Shown here piece after piece: positions 47,401 through 61,300 of a DNA stretch of 64,000 nt (position 1 is the stretch's first letter; the number at the start of each line of letters is the position of its first letter). Source of the stretch: Amphiscolops sp. MND2022 (lineage: Eukaryota). The stretch is from assembly GCA_964187785.1 (NCBI GenBank), contig OZ076421.1, forward strand, positions 23,870,001-23,934,000, written 5' to 3'. The position numbers and the translations under genes are program-made. Under the pieces are notes generated by a model. It was not told the DNA's origin. It did not search any database and saw only the letters and a list, made by a program, of their open reading frames with translations.

Positions 47401-50400
47401 ATTCATGTTACTTCAAGATTTGTAACTTCAACATTCCCAAGGCGATCTCAAGGATGAAAATGACGAAGTCGCATGTTTTAATTTAAGGACCCCATTGTGC
47501 TGAGAAACATGGCCAATAAAAACTGCGCACCTGGGTTCATCAGCAATATCGGTGCCATCAAACAGATGATCCTCAAACAGGAAGTTGACTTGAGTGCCGG
47601 AAGTCCTGTTATCAGTAAAATGACGTCATTGATTTCAACGCTGGGATCTGAGGTGATCGACTATGATCATAGCATGGCTTGTCCTTTCAACGCAGTTTTT
47701 GATCTATTCATAACTACATTATACTCATTTTTTAAATGCAAAACCCACGCTGTTATCATAGAAGCAGCAGTTCAAATCAAACTCTGCAACTGCATGAACG
47801 TTGCCACTGCTGTCAAAAGTTTAGAAGAGTATATTCGAACGATTGACGACAGAACATGCGTGGATTCTCTCTTTGTAATATTAACTAAAGTTATGAGTTT
47901 TGCAGACATCGCCACTGATAGTTTCAAGGTATACAGAAGTCTATTGGGTACCAAAAACGAACTGGTACGAACGGCTTTAGAAAGTCATATTTTGAAAGTC
48001 ATCCAGAAGCGCTACTTTGGCGCAGAAAGACTAGTCTGTCTCTTCAGAAGTTGCCACGCAAAAGGGTTATCATACGCCAACGAGCAATTTGAGAAAATTG
48101 AGCTGTGTTACGAATCTGGAGATCTCCCTCTCATAGTGCAAGACAAGTTATCCCTTCTTTATTTCGACATTCTCCAGTTTGTGACGACATCGGTGGCTCT
48201 TCTCTTGGAGTATCCTTTCAAAGGCGATGACAAAGTTGATTCTAACTTAACTTCTGGAAATCTGAAAACATCAAGTAGTGTGATGATGGTTTCTGACAGA
48301 GTTTTGATTAGTCCTCTAAAAGCAATCATCAAGCTGTTAATGGCGGCGTTGCAGCCCAAGACAGTTTTCCTACTCATGTTTTCCGGTCAAAACTATGAGT
48401 CCCTTTCTTTTGATCCCGCAAAAAACGCTTCAATTTTGATCAAAAATCTGCTGGGCAGGTCTGTGGCAAGTCCCGACACCGTTGATTACGCATACCAAAT
48501 TTTGGTTAAAATTTTGATTTTCTTTGAAAGCATGGACATGAGTGTTTTGTGCTACAACCGCAGCTGGGTTTACCTGGGATCCTCTCAAGAAGCAAATGTG
48601 CAAAACTCTCAAAGAATCACAAACATCAGCAGTTCCACTGATTTCGAAATACTCTCGACACCTGTGTCGTCATTCGCATTGGCCCAACGAGATTCCTATA
48701 GTTTCGACATCAACTCAGATCTCAGCACGCCAGGAAGTTTCTTGAACTCTCTCATAATCTCACAGCTGAAACTTCCTTTCGAAAACATCGCTGAGTACAT
48801 CGGTGCACACAAGAATTGCTGGAAAGTTATCCATGACTATTTACTGCTGTCGTCTAAAGAACATGTTTTGGAGAGCACAGGAGCTGATCACACCTCTGAC
48901 AGCCTGAGCGTGGAAAAGATGATGGAAATCTGTCTCAACAACGTCAAAGTGTTGCTAGTCTCGCTTCACAAAATTGACAAGCTGCAGAAAAAAGTGATAA
49001 TGCTGAGGTGTTATGAGCTTATATGTGTCTACATTCATCTGCTTACTTGTAAAAAGATCAAGAAAAACCGACGTTTTCATATGCAAATATTACACCTCAT
49101 ATCACCAGCTTTTGAGTTTGCCTTGAATGAATGTTCCGAGTCTGTTGCCAAAGATCTACTCAACCTGACGCTCAAATTCGCTTTCTTCAGACCTTCATCC
49201 GGCGGGCCTTCGGATCGATCAGAAACAATCAAAGAATCCAAAAAATCATCGTCCGGAGTTAATTTTCATTTGGAACTGGACGACAAAAGTGTTGATTACG
49301 AGGCAGATGAGTCAGAAATTGAAGGATCCGCGGGGGGATCTACAGAAGTACAAGGGTTTACACTGTTCGACCATTTCTTCCAGAACTGTCTGGACAAACT
49401 GGAATCGCACGGCCAGTCTTTTTGTTCCGAATCCATGTGGTTACATCTGAAGGCAATCTTTTCCTTGCAGTCAGCAAAGCTGCTCAACTTTTACTGTCAA
49501 AAATTAACATCGTGTCTTTATTCGAACAGTTCAGACATCCTTCAAATCCAGGAAGCCTTGTTCCAAAATGAAGGAACATCTATTTCTTCTTTGCTGAGCG
49601 TGATTTTTGCGAATCCAGAGTTATTGGCTCAAACTTTGTCATCGATTTTAGATCTAATCAAAATTCTGTGCCTTAATTACTTAACTTCTATTGACTTATT
49701 TCACTACTTTCGCCTATTTCTGCAGCCTTTATTGCCTCGATCGGACTTGCTAGAATTTCTGCAGGAAATTTCTCATGTCGACAAATGTGCACCGAAAAGT
49801 TTCGTGTGCCTCAACAGCAAGCAAAATATTGCGTCATCAAAAGATGTGTTTTATTTCACAGCTCACAATAAAAACCAGGACCAAGATTTCAGTAAAGGCT
49901 TTTCGCTGTCTTTTTGGATCAAATTTGACCCCGAAACAGATGAAAGTGGCGACCAAAGTTTCAATTTCAAAGATTCGTTTTTAGCCTTCCAACTATTTTC
50001 ATTCAATATGACGCAAAGTCACGGCAAATTCATTCTGTGCCGGAGAACTAAACTGCCCCAACGGAATAGCAAAAACATGGAGCCTGAAATGAGTTGTTTT
50101 GTGATGTACAAGATATACGAGTTGAACAAAAACAGCAGCATTAATAAAAATGTAGTGCTGGGAACAGTCGAAGACATTGCCAATTTTTCCAACAACTTTC
50201 AAATCGAGCCAGGTAATTGGATCCACGTGTTTTTCTCTATGGATAAACACAAAAGCATAGTTTTTGTCATAAATGGAGTTCATCGAGCAGAGTTTGATAC
50301 AGTTTATTCAGACTTCACACTTCTGGAAAGCAGTGATTTAGTAATCACGTTCGAGCCTGATCCTGTGAAAGAGTCCGAAATTATTTCTCTGCTGAAGTTC

Positions 50401-53400
50401 AAAACGGAACAAGAAGAATCAACAGCGCCATCGTCCCCTAGATACAGTGAGGTGCAATCGGAAAACGAGGCAAACAAAAACGACGCATCCAAAAATTTGG
50501 ACTTCAAACGTGATCAGAAATACAAAACCAGTCTGGGACAAGTTGCCTTATTCGACCGACCCTTCCCGAAAAACTACCCTCAGTATTTGTACCTATGTGG
50601 CCCTGATCTTGCCCGCTATGACAGCGAGATTCCTAAAATGCGACTGGAGTTGATGCTAAACACGGAAATGGTTTGCCAATACGAACAAGCACTGAGAAGC
50701 ATAAGGTCTCAGCAGATGCAAAATCAGGAGCTGCGCAAAATGATGCAACATTTGGCGGTGGTTGTGGAACCTGCCAAGGAATATATCATTTATTACGTCA
50801 ATAAAGGCGAAGGCAAAGAGTCGGTGGGTAAATTCGAAAGTGAGCCCATTTGCCACCACTTTGCGTCTTACGTAACAGTGAAAAGGACCCATGACTTCGA
50901 TTCCGCAATTCAGCCGCTTGGAGGGCCCAATTGCCTGGTGTACTTTTTTGCCAAGATTGTCGAAGAACCAAATAGCACTGAAAAGGAGCAATGTCTAAGT
51001 TTGGACTTGGTTCTGAAATACATTTCAGGGTCAGTATGTCAGAACTTGATATCTTTCGATGCCAAATGCCTTGAATCTCTGGTTCCTATTTTTGAAAGCA
51101 GCAAAAGTATTTTCTCGAATCACATGATTGACTGTTTTGTTCAGAACTCGTGCGAAGTGAAAATCATTGAGTCATCACTTACAATGTTGATTCGAAATGT
51201 AGATATTTTGACGTTTTTCCTACGAAACGTAACTTTGTGGAAAGAAAGCAACACTGAGACAATGATGTACTACCTTGATCAATTGCAGTTATGTCTTGAA
51301 GCAGGAGCACCGGTTGTTCGAGACTATAACCGAATGCTGCTCATAAGTAATGAGGTGATAAATAGTTGCGTTAATCTGCTTTGGAACTGGTCGTCACAAA
51401 TGCGTTTCACTGATTTGAGAGCTAACTTGGTTAGCTTCCTTGACAAGGTTTTTCCCACCAACGAGGCTGATAAGGATATCTTGATGCTGATTGAAATCGA
51501 ACAGTTGATATTCCAACTTCACCCCAACTCGAAACTTTTTGTGCCGCATTCTGATTCGTCTTTCTTCTATGTGGACCGAACTGTCCGTGGATTGGTTAAA
51601 ATTCTAAACGTCGACTACCTGAACGATTGCCCAGAGGAAACAAACGACGAAGTCAATGACCGTGGGGAGTCACCGACCACCCCTAAAGGACCCACAACTC
51701 CAACCACCGAAACTGTCATGACGATCACCGATGACTGTGACGAGGAAGCAGTTGAAAGAGCTACTGAGCCATCTGAAACTAGTAGTGGCTACTCTGCCGA
51801 GGAACGGAAGTTGAGCAAGTCTGACTTTAGTGGAGAATGGAAGAAAAAACCTTCAGACGGATCCTTGAATCCGACGTTGAAGTACTCAAAAAGTGCTCAG
51901 ATTGGAAGTGCATCGAGCATAGGCGTGCGAATGACCTTCAAAAGTGACTCAATTGATTCCAACTTAGACGAAAATCCCGCCGAAAGTGACGAAATTAGGG
52001 AGACAGAAAACAGTGGCGAAAACTTCTGTACACGGGAAAGTATCCAAACTGTTGGAAACAAGCACTCCACGCTTGTACGCGACGATACAGATCCTGTTTC
52101 AGAAGCAGAATTGTGTGCGATGGAATTAATGCTTGACTTGATAACTCGCATTTACACACCTCATTGTCTAAAGTTTGACTCCAGTCAAATTTGTGGCGTC
52201 ATGCTAAAGTTGGCATCTAAGTTTTGGATTGTTATGATGAACAGCAACGATGTGAGAATTTCCTGTGCAGTTTTGAACCTAGTTCACGAAGTGTACAACA
52301 AGTCAAGTGAAGCTACGGAAACAACGGAGTTTTTGCGTTCTAAAGGGTTTCACTTAATGGCCAACCAGCTTTACCGTTCTCGGCACTTCTCGTTGGAATT
52401 GACACAAGTTATATTCCGTCTGTTTTTCAACAACGACTCAATCATGGAAGATGAAATATCGGAGCTGCTCACTCATCCGTTTCCATTGTTGCTTGAGAAT
52501 CAGACATCCTTTCATCGCGAATCGTTTCCACTGTTGATTAGTCTTTACCTGAATGCATGCACCGCGCATGAGGATAGCAAGTGGCATTGTGACATGGCTA
52601 ACTTAATTTTATCAGTATTGCATTGTCTCTACGATCAATGTGAAGGCCTGAGGTACCTTTTCCTTTCCAATGGCACAATTCCCGCGCTTCTAAACGTCAC
52701 GGTTGACATTTTCATGGTACATAAAAACCCAGCTATCCATAAAAGCTTGCTCAAAGGATTGGGGTGTTTTTTCGCAACTGTAGCCGGCAACGCCTTGTTG
52801 TCACCAGATGTCAAAAACAACGAAAACATAGTTGAAAACGTGCTGGAATCTTTGGGTCTTCTGTGGTACAGAGTTGCTGCTAATACCTCCGATTACTTCA
52901 AAAACAATGTGAATGTCATGATTTTTGAAATGTACTCCAACATTCTGAAAATGGCTTTGGAACGGTTGCTGCAACTGAAATACTCGTTCGATTCTCCTTC
53001 AACATCTCTGGACTGGAGTTTCCAGCAAAGACTCACGAACTTGCCTGCATTTCTTAGACGTTCGCCTTCGACCGAAGAAGAGGTCCTCAAAAGATTGGAT
53101 TCTGTTCCTGATATTTCTGGGAATTCGACAAAATCACTGCATGGCGGGGAACTTCCACAAAAAAATTACGCAACTTTGCCGAAGTATAAATCTTCACTGG
53201 GTCTCAATAAAAGAGTATCTGTAGATTCCGTTTTTACGAAAGAAAGTTTTGTTGATGTTACTTCTATAGCTGATGAATCCAAGGATCTTACCACCAGTTT
53301 TGCATACGGTTCTGGCTATTCAGGCAGAATTTTGAAGCCGAAATTGATTGCTCAACGGCTGTGTCTGATGCTGAAAACGATGAACAAACTCGCAATCGTG

Positions 53401-56400
53401 GCTCTCCCTAGCAAGCTCAGACCTCAAGATGTCGATTCTGATTGGTGCGTTGCATACCATGACTATGTTAAATACTTCGTTCTCAAGTTACGAGAACTGC
53501 TCATTGAAATTCTGCCTCCAAACACGGGAAGGTGGTCCAAGTTATTGAAAGATTCCAAAAGTGTGATAATTGCGTGTATCCAAGAAATCACACATTGCCT
53601 CACTCATCCGGAATTGAGAGAATATCTCCAGACAGTGCCCCTGGCCTTTTTCGCTGAAGGGTATTTTGAATCAGTTGTCAAGGCTGTATACGGGGGTTCC
53701 TGGTTCACAAAGAAGACTGCGAGTGTTGTTTTCAATGACGTCACGAAATACAGGTTGGACCGAATTTGCCGAGACTCCAACAATAGCATATCAGTGGACG
53801 AGCGAAAATTGTTCAGAAGGTTAGAGCTTTCGATCCCAGCAGCTTCGGCGGCATTCAACAAAATGCGAAGTTTGGATGAAGAGTCATTTGCGATTCTCAG
53901 TGATGAAATAGAGGAGCGAATGCGGAAAGAAACCATGTGCGAAGGTTTTTCGCAATCTCTTGTGGCTTTTAGTGAAACCGAAGTGAATGTGTTTACCAGT
54001 GAAGATGTTGTTTTGAAAGAGCGGAAGCAAGATTGGCTCCTTGAACTGTCATCGCCGCATCTGTATTGGATCCAAATCTACAACAATCTGCAAGAATGTG
54101 TAACCCAAGCTGCAATCAACGTTGAAGCCATAGTGTATCAAGAGTTTAACGCGGGCGTGAAAAGTTTCATGTTTCTGAGCGAAAAGCTCCCCAAAGACAG
54201 CTTAACAAGGCTCAAACTGTTGGCGTGTATTGTCAACTCCGTGACCCACATCGAAGGCGTGTGGTACGAGAAGCGCAAAAGTCCTCAACATTGGCAGCTG
54301 GATCAGACTGAAGGACCTTTGAGAATCAAGAAAAGGTTGGAAAGATGCAGACTTAACATCGACCCGAAGCATATTCGTCCAAAACGACCGAGCTCTGCCC
54401 GAATTTCAGCCATTCTCAGAAGCGACTCTATCGTATCTGCTGTTTCTGACGAGCATCGGAGCCATGCGGAATCAGTAATAACAATTGAGACATCTGCTTC
54501 TACTGTAATTAATGAAGCCGCAAAAACCTCGTCAGACTTGCCTTCTGTTTCCTCTGATTTTACATCTAGCGAAGTTTCGTGTGGTAACGGAAGCTTATCG
54601 TACTTGGATTACATTTTCACATCCGCTTGGACTAACACGGTTTCTTTCTCTAGTGCGTCAGTGAGTCATCCTAGTTTCGACGGAAATGATTCCAACATGG
54701 GCATACAAGCTTTTTTCGCATGCAACAGAATCTTGCCCTATTGCGAGATCAATGGGGATATTCTTCTCACCGAAGTCCACCTTTACTTTTTGCCAAGTCC
54801 GAATTCAGAAGAGAAGGCGGAAATCACTTCAACGTGCATTGGCTATGAATGTTCCGAAAGTTTCATGTGGGCTTACAGCAATGTCAGGGAAGTTCATCAC
54901 CGTTTGTATTCTTTGAAAGACTGTGCTGTTGAGATATTTTTGACGACCGGATTGAGTTGCATGTTAGCGTTCGAGTCTCAGAAAACAAGAGATGATTTCT
55001 GCCAGCAGTTACTTCTGCAGCATTTGCCAAATTTAGTGAAGGAGGAAGTTTTGGAAGAAACACGCAGAGCCTGGGCTAATGAATGTCTAACTAACTTCGC
55101 TTATCTCACTGCTGTGAACAAGTTTGCTGGCCGTACAACCAATGATCTTATGCAATACCCCGTGTTTCCTTTTCTTTTTGCTGATTACGAATCGGAACAG
55201 CTTCATCTACACAAAAGCAGCACTTACCGGGATCTTTCGAAACCAGTATCAGTTCAAAACCCTGACAAAGAAGCTATTTATGCGCAGAAGTATCGTGAAA
55301 TGATGAGCAGTGATTTTAATGGACCTACCGATTTTGGACCCTACCATTACAGCTCCTTATATAGTAATTCTGGAATCGTCCTGCACTATCTTGTGAGGCT
55401 GATGCCTTTCGCTAGAATGTTTCTCCATTACCAAGGCGGTAGCTTCGACATTCCCGATCGCACATTTTCAGACCTAAGGAACACATGGAAACTAGCGTCT
55501 CAGATGTCGATGACAGACGTGAAGGAACTAATTCCCGAATTTTTCTATTTGCCCGAATTTCTACTGAATAAAACAAATTTTGAACTTGGTACCAGACAAG
55601 ACAAGCAAGTGGTTCATCACGTGAAGTTACCACCTTGGGCTATGAACGACCCACGATTATTTGTGCTTGTACATCGCCAAGCGCTTGAAAGCTCGTTTGT
55701 TAGTAAACATCTGCACAAATGGATTGACATGATATTTGGCTACAAGCAGACAGGAAAAGCAGCAATTGATGCTTTCAATGTGTACAGACCTTGCTTGTAC
55801 TACGGTTTCGACTTGGACTCAATTGATAATAGCCAAACCCGAGAAGCAGTGGAAAGAATGATCAGGACTTATGGTCAAACCCCCAAACTCATCTTCCAAA
55901 ACCCCCATCCTGCTAGAGGTGCCGGCGGTGGAACTCAAATAGACTTGAAACTCGTGGATTTTGTTTTCGGAGGTGCTTTAGGAGTAGTGAGTCCAAGTGA
56001 TGAAAGGCTGGACAAAATAAGTTCCGCAATTTCGTCTCCCATGCCGGGCGTTTTCGGTCTCAAATGGGGCAACTACGTGGGTTCGCCTGCCTTCAGGTCC
56101 ACAATTGAGTGCTGGAGATGCCGATATCAACCAGCAGTGGCAAATATGTTTTCACTACCCAGGAATGTAACAGCCGGCGTTCCTGCTAACAGCCTTGTGT
56201 TGTATAGACATGTAAAGGATTTGGGCATACACGAACAGGCGGATAACCCTGACGGAATATCTGTTCAATGGCTGGGCGTCCTAACATACGGTTACAAAGA
56301 CGGTTTTATGCGCTTCTGGCTTCAGGGCTCCAAGGAAAGGAAAATTATGCTGCATGAACCGTTCAGCGACGAAGTTGTGTGCATGTGTGTTTCGGCTGAT

Positions 56401-57150
56401 TCCAGATCAGTGTACGCTGGCTGCAAATCTGGGCTGATTTGGTGTGCAGACGTGAAATCATTTGTCTTGAGGGATGACCGCGGAGGCGAAAGTAAAACTC
56501 AAGCCCGGTTTGAGCCGTTGTGTCGTATGCCTTGTCACTTGAAGAAAGTCAATGTCTTAGTCTCTTGTCGAGCATACAGTATATTCGTGAGTGGGTCTGA
56601 CGATTGTAAAGCAGCCTTTTGGGATTCAAATAGAAACAGTTTCATCCGATCATTGAAAGTTTCAGGGGCTGTGAAGAATGTAGCAATCAGTGAAACTTTA
56701 GGCGATGTCGCTATCGTGTCAGACATAGATGGCACTTCAAGCTGTGTAACAGTTTTCACAATCAATGGAGATCTTATCGGAAAATGGGCTTCTTCCAATG
56801 CCAAAGTCACGGCTATCACATACTCAAATGCCCCGGAAGGCATTTCTGTCAACTGCATTGCTGTTGGTCTTTCTACCGGTCTGATTGTGCTGTTGGATTC
56901 ATGGATGATAAACCAAATCAGGGAAATCACAGAGAACCCGAAAAAAATGCTCTGTCCAATCATATCTCTTGCCTACCGGAGTGACGCACAGATTCTATAT
57001 GCCTCTTTCTCGGACGGATGGCTGAAGTCTCTTGGGTCCAAAGAGCTGAACGGAGACCTCAAGAAGTTCAGAGCCATTGACGTCATCTCCAGCACTCCAC
57101 CGATTTCTGGGGGCACCAAACATCTTTATCAGCATGTAGACATTATTTAA
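44420..57150 (+). CDS. LYST: Lysosomal trafficking regulator (BEACH protein); join(44420..45722,46874..47097,47488..57150), ~3729 aa
   Basis: ConA-like region (FSLSFWIKF), WQLDQTEGPLRIKKRLERC, PH domain, BEACH (GRTTNDLMQYPVFP, RDLSKP, DVKELIPEFFYLPEF, LPPWA, WIDMIFGYKQ, YGQTPK) and WD40 repeats. Splice phases are compatible (1, 0). The start codon and first two exons are less certain than the last. Confidence 0.88.
45938..46396 (-). mobile_element. DINE-1/HINE-like element in LYST intron 1
   Basis: AACAAGCCGGGAACGG...GGCGCCATATCTAAAGCTC at the left end; AGCGCCGACTAAAAAA at the right end. Confidence 0.8.
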
Positions 57151-58319
57151 TTGCCAATAATTTATTATAGCAAAGGATTATAGAATATCAAGTTAGAAAA
57201 TTAATATCTCAATGATCAATCAATTGATTAGTTTATCATTTCTTCTTCATCTTCATTCTAAATTAGATGCTCCAATTTGGATTGTATTGTTTGTCTTCCT
57301 AATCAAGAAATTTATTTTGCTACTTTCATATTTCAATAAATTTTCCTAATGTCATTTTGGTTTTTGCATTTGTCGTTTGAGATTTCCAAATAGTGCACAA
57401 TTTGGCAATATTAGAACTTTGTAGATATAGACAAGAATTGTGTTTTATCCGGTGGAAAATCTGTGGTAAAGGCGAGCTAAAAAATAGCAGAGGCTTTTTC
57501 ATTTACTCTGAAGTTAGCATCTAATGAGAGCATAATATGTGAATACAATTCAGTCCTTAAAAGCAGACATTTCAGTCCAAACCCGCAAAGCTGAAAACAG
57601 AACAGTATCGTTCAACGCCTGTGCAGTTTTGAAAAGAATTTTTTTAAAAAGTTTACTATTTTGTTGCTCTCAGGAAAACTATTGTCACGCAGCCAGCTAA
57701 GCTTTTTTGGCGACCAAAATATTGTTAATGTTCACTTTTAGCAAGCAATAGACGAGGTGAATTTTGTTAGCAACAAGCGTTTTTGCATTGACCTAATTAA
57801 TTCATCGTACCAAGAGCTTCACCGAACAAGCAAAAGTTCGTTTTTGTTTTTCGTAGCCTTATCTTCTTTACAAATGTAGATTCAGGTTCATTATACAAAG
57901 AGCAAAGCATAATAATCCCAGATTTAATTTTCAATGAAACTCAAAAGGTTTGCATTTTTGCAACATTCAAAAGTTATGAATTTTCTGAGAAATCTTACAT
58001 GAAAAATTTTCGTATGCAAATTTCTATCAAATTTCATCCCAAAAGTGTAGAAGTTATATACTTTGTAAAGTAATTTTTGGTAAACGTTTTGCCGAAAATT
58101 TAAGCCCTGAAACGAAAAGCCAATATTTTATTGTCTTACCATCAAGACGAAGAAATGGTCTCATCAGTTCCGTTGGCTAAGTGTACATGAGCAATGAAAG
58201 CAAGTCACTAAGTTCAAAGTTGGTTCCTACTTGATCGACCTAGGTTATAGAACAATACAAGCCTGTTAAATAGAAGCAGCAAAATTACTTTTTGGCAAAC
58301 AAAATCGACTTTTATGCAC

Positions 58320-61300
58320 TGTGGTCGAGGCGTTATGCCGAGACCAAACAGAAAAGGCGCTAACAATCAATTGAATCTGAAACAGTAAATATATAACAAA
58401 GTAGCAGTCAACATTCGTCGTCGAAATGACACTTGTTCTATTCAGTGCAGAAAGTTGCCTCGAAAGTTTACAGTTGTTAATGCTTAATACATTCTTGTTA
58501 GCCCGCAGTTTTCATCTATAACATGGCGCTGGGACAAAACTAACTTGAAGAATACAACACAAAAGACGGAAGTTCCGCCGTTGCGGGGTTGACACTCTGC
58601 TGGAGTGACCATCAGAAAAAGCCCAGCGTGGAGTGGCGAAAATGGAGCGACCTTTTTGCTATCGCGATGACAGCAAAATAGTCCATATCCATCACTAATC
58701 CTCAGAGTGGTCGCTAACGAAACATAGAAATAAAGCCCTATTTAACAAATTGGATTATGCTGTAGCCGAGAGAAAACGCGTCAGCGTACTCTATCTTTCC
58801 TTGGGAGCTGCGGCACGAAAAACGTTCACTGACAAATATCCAACAGCAAAAATGCAGTGATCACTCCAAGATCTGATGACAAACTGCAAAGATACTTTCG
58901 ACACTGAACGAAACCGCACCCTGGAAAGCTTTTCATTCTTATCCAGAAAACAGATGCAAGCTGAAACATTAGAACAGTTTTGGCATTCAGTAAATGGGGT
59001 GGCGGCGGAGTGTGATTTCGGATCACAAACCGAAAATCTAGTGTACGACATTTTCATACTCAACATGAGAAATCTCACAGTACAGGAGAGATTGTGCACT
59101 GAACCCAAATCAACGTCAAAGGACGCTTTGGAATTTGCCATAGCTTTTGAGGAAGGAACATTGCGGCAGAAGTCATATGGAGAAACAAAACTGGAAATAA
59201 AAGCCGAACCAGTATGCGCAATAAAAAGAAGGAAACACCATGGACCACTTAAAGGTTTGCCGTGCAAAGGGTAAACAATGTAACAAGTGTTGCGTAATGG
59301 GACACTTCAGTAAAGTGTACAGAAGAAACACTAAGCAGAACCAACAAAACCAACCGCCGCGGCGGGTAAAATCGATCGAAGAACAAAATAAAACAAGATG
59401 AGGAAGGCAGTGAAGAACAATACGTGTTAGGAATCGATGGCAGCGGCTCACCCCCATTCACGATGAAAGGAAAATAAATCGGTAAACTTTTGACTCATGA
59501 TCGACTCGAGATCACCAGTCACCATAATCAGCCACGATGTACTTCAAAAGATTCTCCAGTACGACGTACTTATTGTTCGACCGCTCTCAGAAGAATAAAA
59601 ATATGTAGACTTTAAACATGTTAGGCTGCATATTTTGCGAATTGGAAGTTGGCGGATCGTACATCCGAAAGGCAAAGATACTGGTGGCACGCCCCGGGGC
59701 GAAATCAATAGTGCGAAGAGACTGGCTCAACTACTTACAGTACAGTATCGAACCCAGAACAAAAAGTAAGTTGAATAATTCAATCTAATTCAATCAACAT
59801 TGTAAATATAGAAGTAGTAAAACCAAACCAAAAATGGAAACAGGAAATGCAGGTCCAGTCTCCAAATCTTATTGAGAGAAGAGGTCGGATAAAACCACAA
59901 GATTCATGCCAGAATCCGTTCCAAGAATCCGTGAAGAAAGAAATTACCAGGCTACTACGGGAAGGTCACATCGTCAAGGTAGGCGAAATCAAGGAGGATG
60001 TTTTCCTGCAACCCACCGTTTTTACGGTGAAAAAGGAGAGAAGCGTAAAAATTGCGTTAGATGCACGAGAACCAAACAAAAATGTTCTTAAAGACAAATA
60101 CCCAATGCCGAATTCAGACAACCTCATGGACATGATAGCCGAAAAGGTTGGCAAAGAACCAGGTGAAACATTCTTCTCCACATTGGATATTACATATGCT
60201 TATGAACAAGTGGAGCTCAGCGTGGAGACATCCAGACAAGGTAACTTCCTGTTGTGGCGAAGCTACAGGAGTATACAGGCTCGTGACAGGGTTCTCCGGA
60301 CTGACAACAATGCAAACAAGGTTCCAGAGGATCATGGATCTAACGCTTGCAGGTATTTCGAATACATTTTCATTCATAGAAGGGATCCTCATAGTTACGC
60401 ACGGAACTGAGGAAGAAGACATTGAGAAAGTCAAAGATGTTCTGCAGACATTGGACGAAGCGAACATCAACCTAAATCTGGATAAATGAAAATTCGCAGT
60501 GGACAATATTGAGTGCTTCGGGTACAAACTATCACAACAAGGCGTAGAACCAATAAACAGTAAAGTCCAAGACTTTCAGAACGATTGAGACCCACAAACC
60601 TAAAAGAACTCAGGTCATACTTAGGGGCAGTCAATCAGTTCAATAAACTCATCCCGATCTCGCAAAAAATGTTTTCCTTTCAGATCACTACTTAAAAAGG
60701 AGAACACTTGGAACTGGAAAAAGGAACACGAGGAATCATTCGATCGAATAAATGGAGAACTAAAGAAAGTAACCATGCTAAACCATTTCAAAAGAAATTG
60801 TCCACTACGGATAATTTGTGACGCCAATAAAGCTGGGTCAGGAGCAGTACTCGATCGACAAGAAAATGAAGAATGGAAACCAATATCTTTCGCATCACGA
60901 TTTTTAACTGAATTAGAGTCGAAATACTCAATAAACGAACTTGAATTGCTCGCCATTGTCTGGTTGGTACATTACTTCCGCAGCTGCGTTTACGGCGAAT
61001 CGCTTAAAATATTGTCATATCATGAAGCACTTGCCACGATTCTAAAGGGACAAAAGGCAAAACGTACTCTGATAGACTCACAGGTGGGTTCATAGGCTAT
61101 TACTTTATGACTTTGAAGTTATACACGCTCCCGGACGCACATTAGGAATAGCAGATTTTTTATCACGAAACCTAACACAACTGAACGAAAGTTCAGTAAA
61201 AGCTAAAACATTATAGAAAGAATGATTCTCGATATATGTTTCAGGAATGAAGAACAGCGTGCTGACAAATCAGAAAGCAATCCGCGGCGGCCGTCAACCA

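Noticed and set aside
58791-60527. Minus-strand ORFs 58791-59267 and 60114-60527
   Set aside because: They are antisense shadows of Gypsy gag and RT fragments.
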